DNA of 64,000 nucleotides from Escherichia coli (GTDB lineage Bacteria; Pseudomonadota; Gammaproteobacteria; Enterobacterales; Enterobacteriaceae): NCBI RefSeq assembly GCF_044324785.1, contig NZ_CP172127.1; one strand, 5' to 3'. Shown piece by piece: positions 62,696 to 64,000 of this stretch (position 1 is its first letter; each line of letters starts with the position of its first letter). The notes under the pieces were generated by a model. It saw only the letters and a program-made list of their open reading frames with translations, ran no database searches and was not told where the DNA came from. The position numbers and the translations under genes were made by a program.

Positions 62696-63121
62696 TTACA
62701 GAAGACCTTTCAAACGTAACGTTTTTCGGGTGGCGACATTCAAATCATAATGCACCAGATCTTCAGGTTTTACCCACGCGTAGTCCTGAAACTCTTCGTT
62801 TATTTTCACTTCTCGGTTGGCAGAAACGCAGTCAAAAATCAGGTAAATCATATAAATCTCTTCCTTGCGACCATCTGCATACGTCTTGGTGCGAATATCA
62901 TCGCTGAAGGTCCACGGCGTGATTTCTGTCAAAAGCAGCTGTTCTCCCAGTTCTTCGCGAATTTCGCGGCGTAGTGCCTCTTCAATTCGTTCGCCAGGCT
63001 CCACGCCGCCACCCGAAAGCGCCCATTGACCGGGGAAAACGCCGCGATCGTCGGCCATTTTACACAGCAAATAAGCACCATCATTTTGAATCAAAGGGCA
63101 TACAATAGTCCGTTGTCGCAC
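62696..63121 (-). CDS. nudI: nucleoside triphosphatase NudI (Nudix)
   Basis: GTG at 63121 gives 141 aa ([22 protein letters not shown]...); Nudix box [23 protein letters not shown]. Confidence 0.9.
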   Translation of the reverse strand: MRQRTIVCPLIQNDGAYLLCKMADDRGVFPGQWALSGGGVEPGERIEEALRREIREELGEQLLLTEITPWTFSDDIRTKTYADGRKEEIYMIYLIFDCVSANREVKINEEFQDYAWVKPEDLVHYDLNVATRKTLRLKGLL

Positions 63122-63399
63122 GGGGATATTCCTTATAAATAAAAAGAAACCATGAGAATACGGTAACTCAGAAATATGTGAAAGTGACAGTAATCTCTTT
63201 TGCGATGATAACTGCACTTATTATTATTTTTGTGTGTATCGATAAAGTGTGTTTATTTTTTCGGCGTTTAATTATTTAAGAAGTATTTAGTTACAATAAG
63301 TGACTAGATCCCTTTTTTCGCTCATTGAATCCTCTGTGCCAGGCAGTACAATCCCGCAGCTTTGGGAATTTTGATTTATTGCTTGTGGGAGAGGGGAAA

Positions 63400-63942
63400 A
63401 TGAAAAAAATTGCGCTAGCAGGTCTGGCCGGAATGCTGTTGGTTTCTGCATCGGTCAATGCAATGAGCATCAGCGGCCAGGCGGGTAAAGAATACACCAA
63501 TATTGGTGTCGGTTTTGGGACTGAATCAACGGGCCTGGCGTTAAGCGGTAACTGGACACATAACGACGACGACGGTGACGTCGCGGGCGTGGGGCTGGGG
63601 TTGAATCTACCTCTCGGGCCGTTAATGGCGACCGTTGGCGGAAAAGGCGTTTACACCAACCCGAATTACGGCGATGAAGGTTATGCCGCAGCGGTAGGAG
63701 GTGGTTTGCAGTGGAAAATTGGCAACAGCTTCCGTTTGTTTGGCGAGTATTATTACTCCCCGGATTCGCTCTCCAGCGGTATTCAAAGTTATGAGGAAGC
63801 GAATGCGGGCGCGCGTTACACCATTATGCGTCCAGTGAGTATTGAGGCGGGCTATCGCTACCTGAATCTGTCGGGTAAAGATGGTAACCGCGACAACGCC
63901 GTGGCTGACGGCCCGTATGTTGGGGTTAACGCCAGTTTCTGA
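63400..63942 (+). CDS. yfaZ: outer membrane protein YfaZ
   Basis: ATG at 63400 preceded by a GGGAGAGGGG Shine-Dalgarno region; 180 aa with signal peptide MKKIALAGLAGMLLVSASVNA; C-terminal Phe typical of beta-barrel outer membrane proteins. Confidence 0.88.
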   Translation: MKKIALAGLAGMLLVSASVNAMSISGQAGKEYTNIGVGFGTESTGLALSGNWTHNDDDGDVAGVGLGLNLPLGPLMATVGGKGVYTNPNYGDEGYAAAVGGGLQWKIGNSFRLFGEYYYSPDSLSSGIQSYEEANAGARYTIMRPVSIEAGYRYLNLSGKDGNRDNAVADGPYVGVNASF

Positions 63943-64000
63943 TCCCTTCCGGCGCGGCATTCTGTCGCGCCATTCAGTTTCTTACTACGCCTCATCTCCC

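Overview
This window reads as a conserved Escherichia coli-type chromosomal core segment, with no clear evidence of a novel or undescribed system. Gene order, in reverse orientation to the K-12 map as I recall it, is: folC (3' end), dedD, cvpA-purF-ubiX, argT, hisJQMP, rpnB (yfcI), yfcH, folX, yfcG, yfcF, yfcE, yfcD, yfcC, pta-ackA, yfbV, yfbU, yfbT, yfbS, yfbR, alaA, lrhA, the complete nuoA-N operon (13 genes), yfbM, yfbL, elaD, rbn, elaA, elaB, menFDHBCE, pmrD, arnFETDACB, ais, nudI, yfaZ. Gene calls rest on recognisable protein sequences and lengths from the six-frame track, with starts adjusted where the longest ORF overshoots. I found no rRNA, tRNA, CRISPR array, IS element, integrase or prophage. 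Non-coding features are REP/BIME palindromes, several intrinsic terminators, a PurR operator, a sigma-54-like promoter upstream of argT and a PmrA-type box between arnB and ais. The most unusual locus is the AT-rich yfbM-yfbL-elaD neighbourhood: yfbL lacks a canonical start for its signal-peptide-like 5' coding segment, genes I recall from K-12 (yfbK, yfbN/O/P) appear absent, and an orphan plus-strand terminator sits between elaD and rbn. All comparisons to K-12 are from memory, not a database search.
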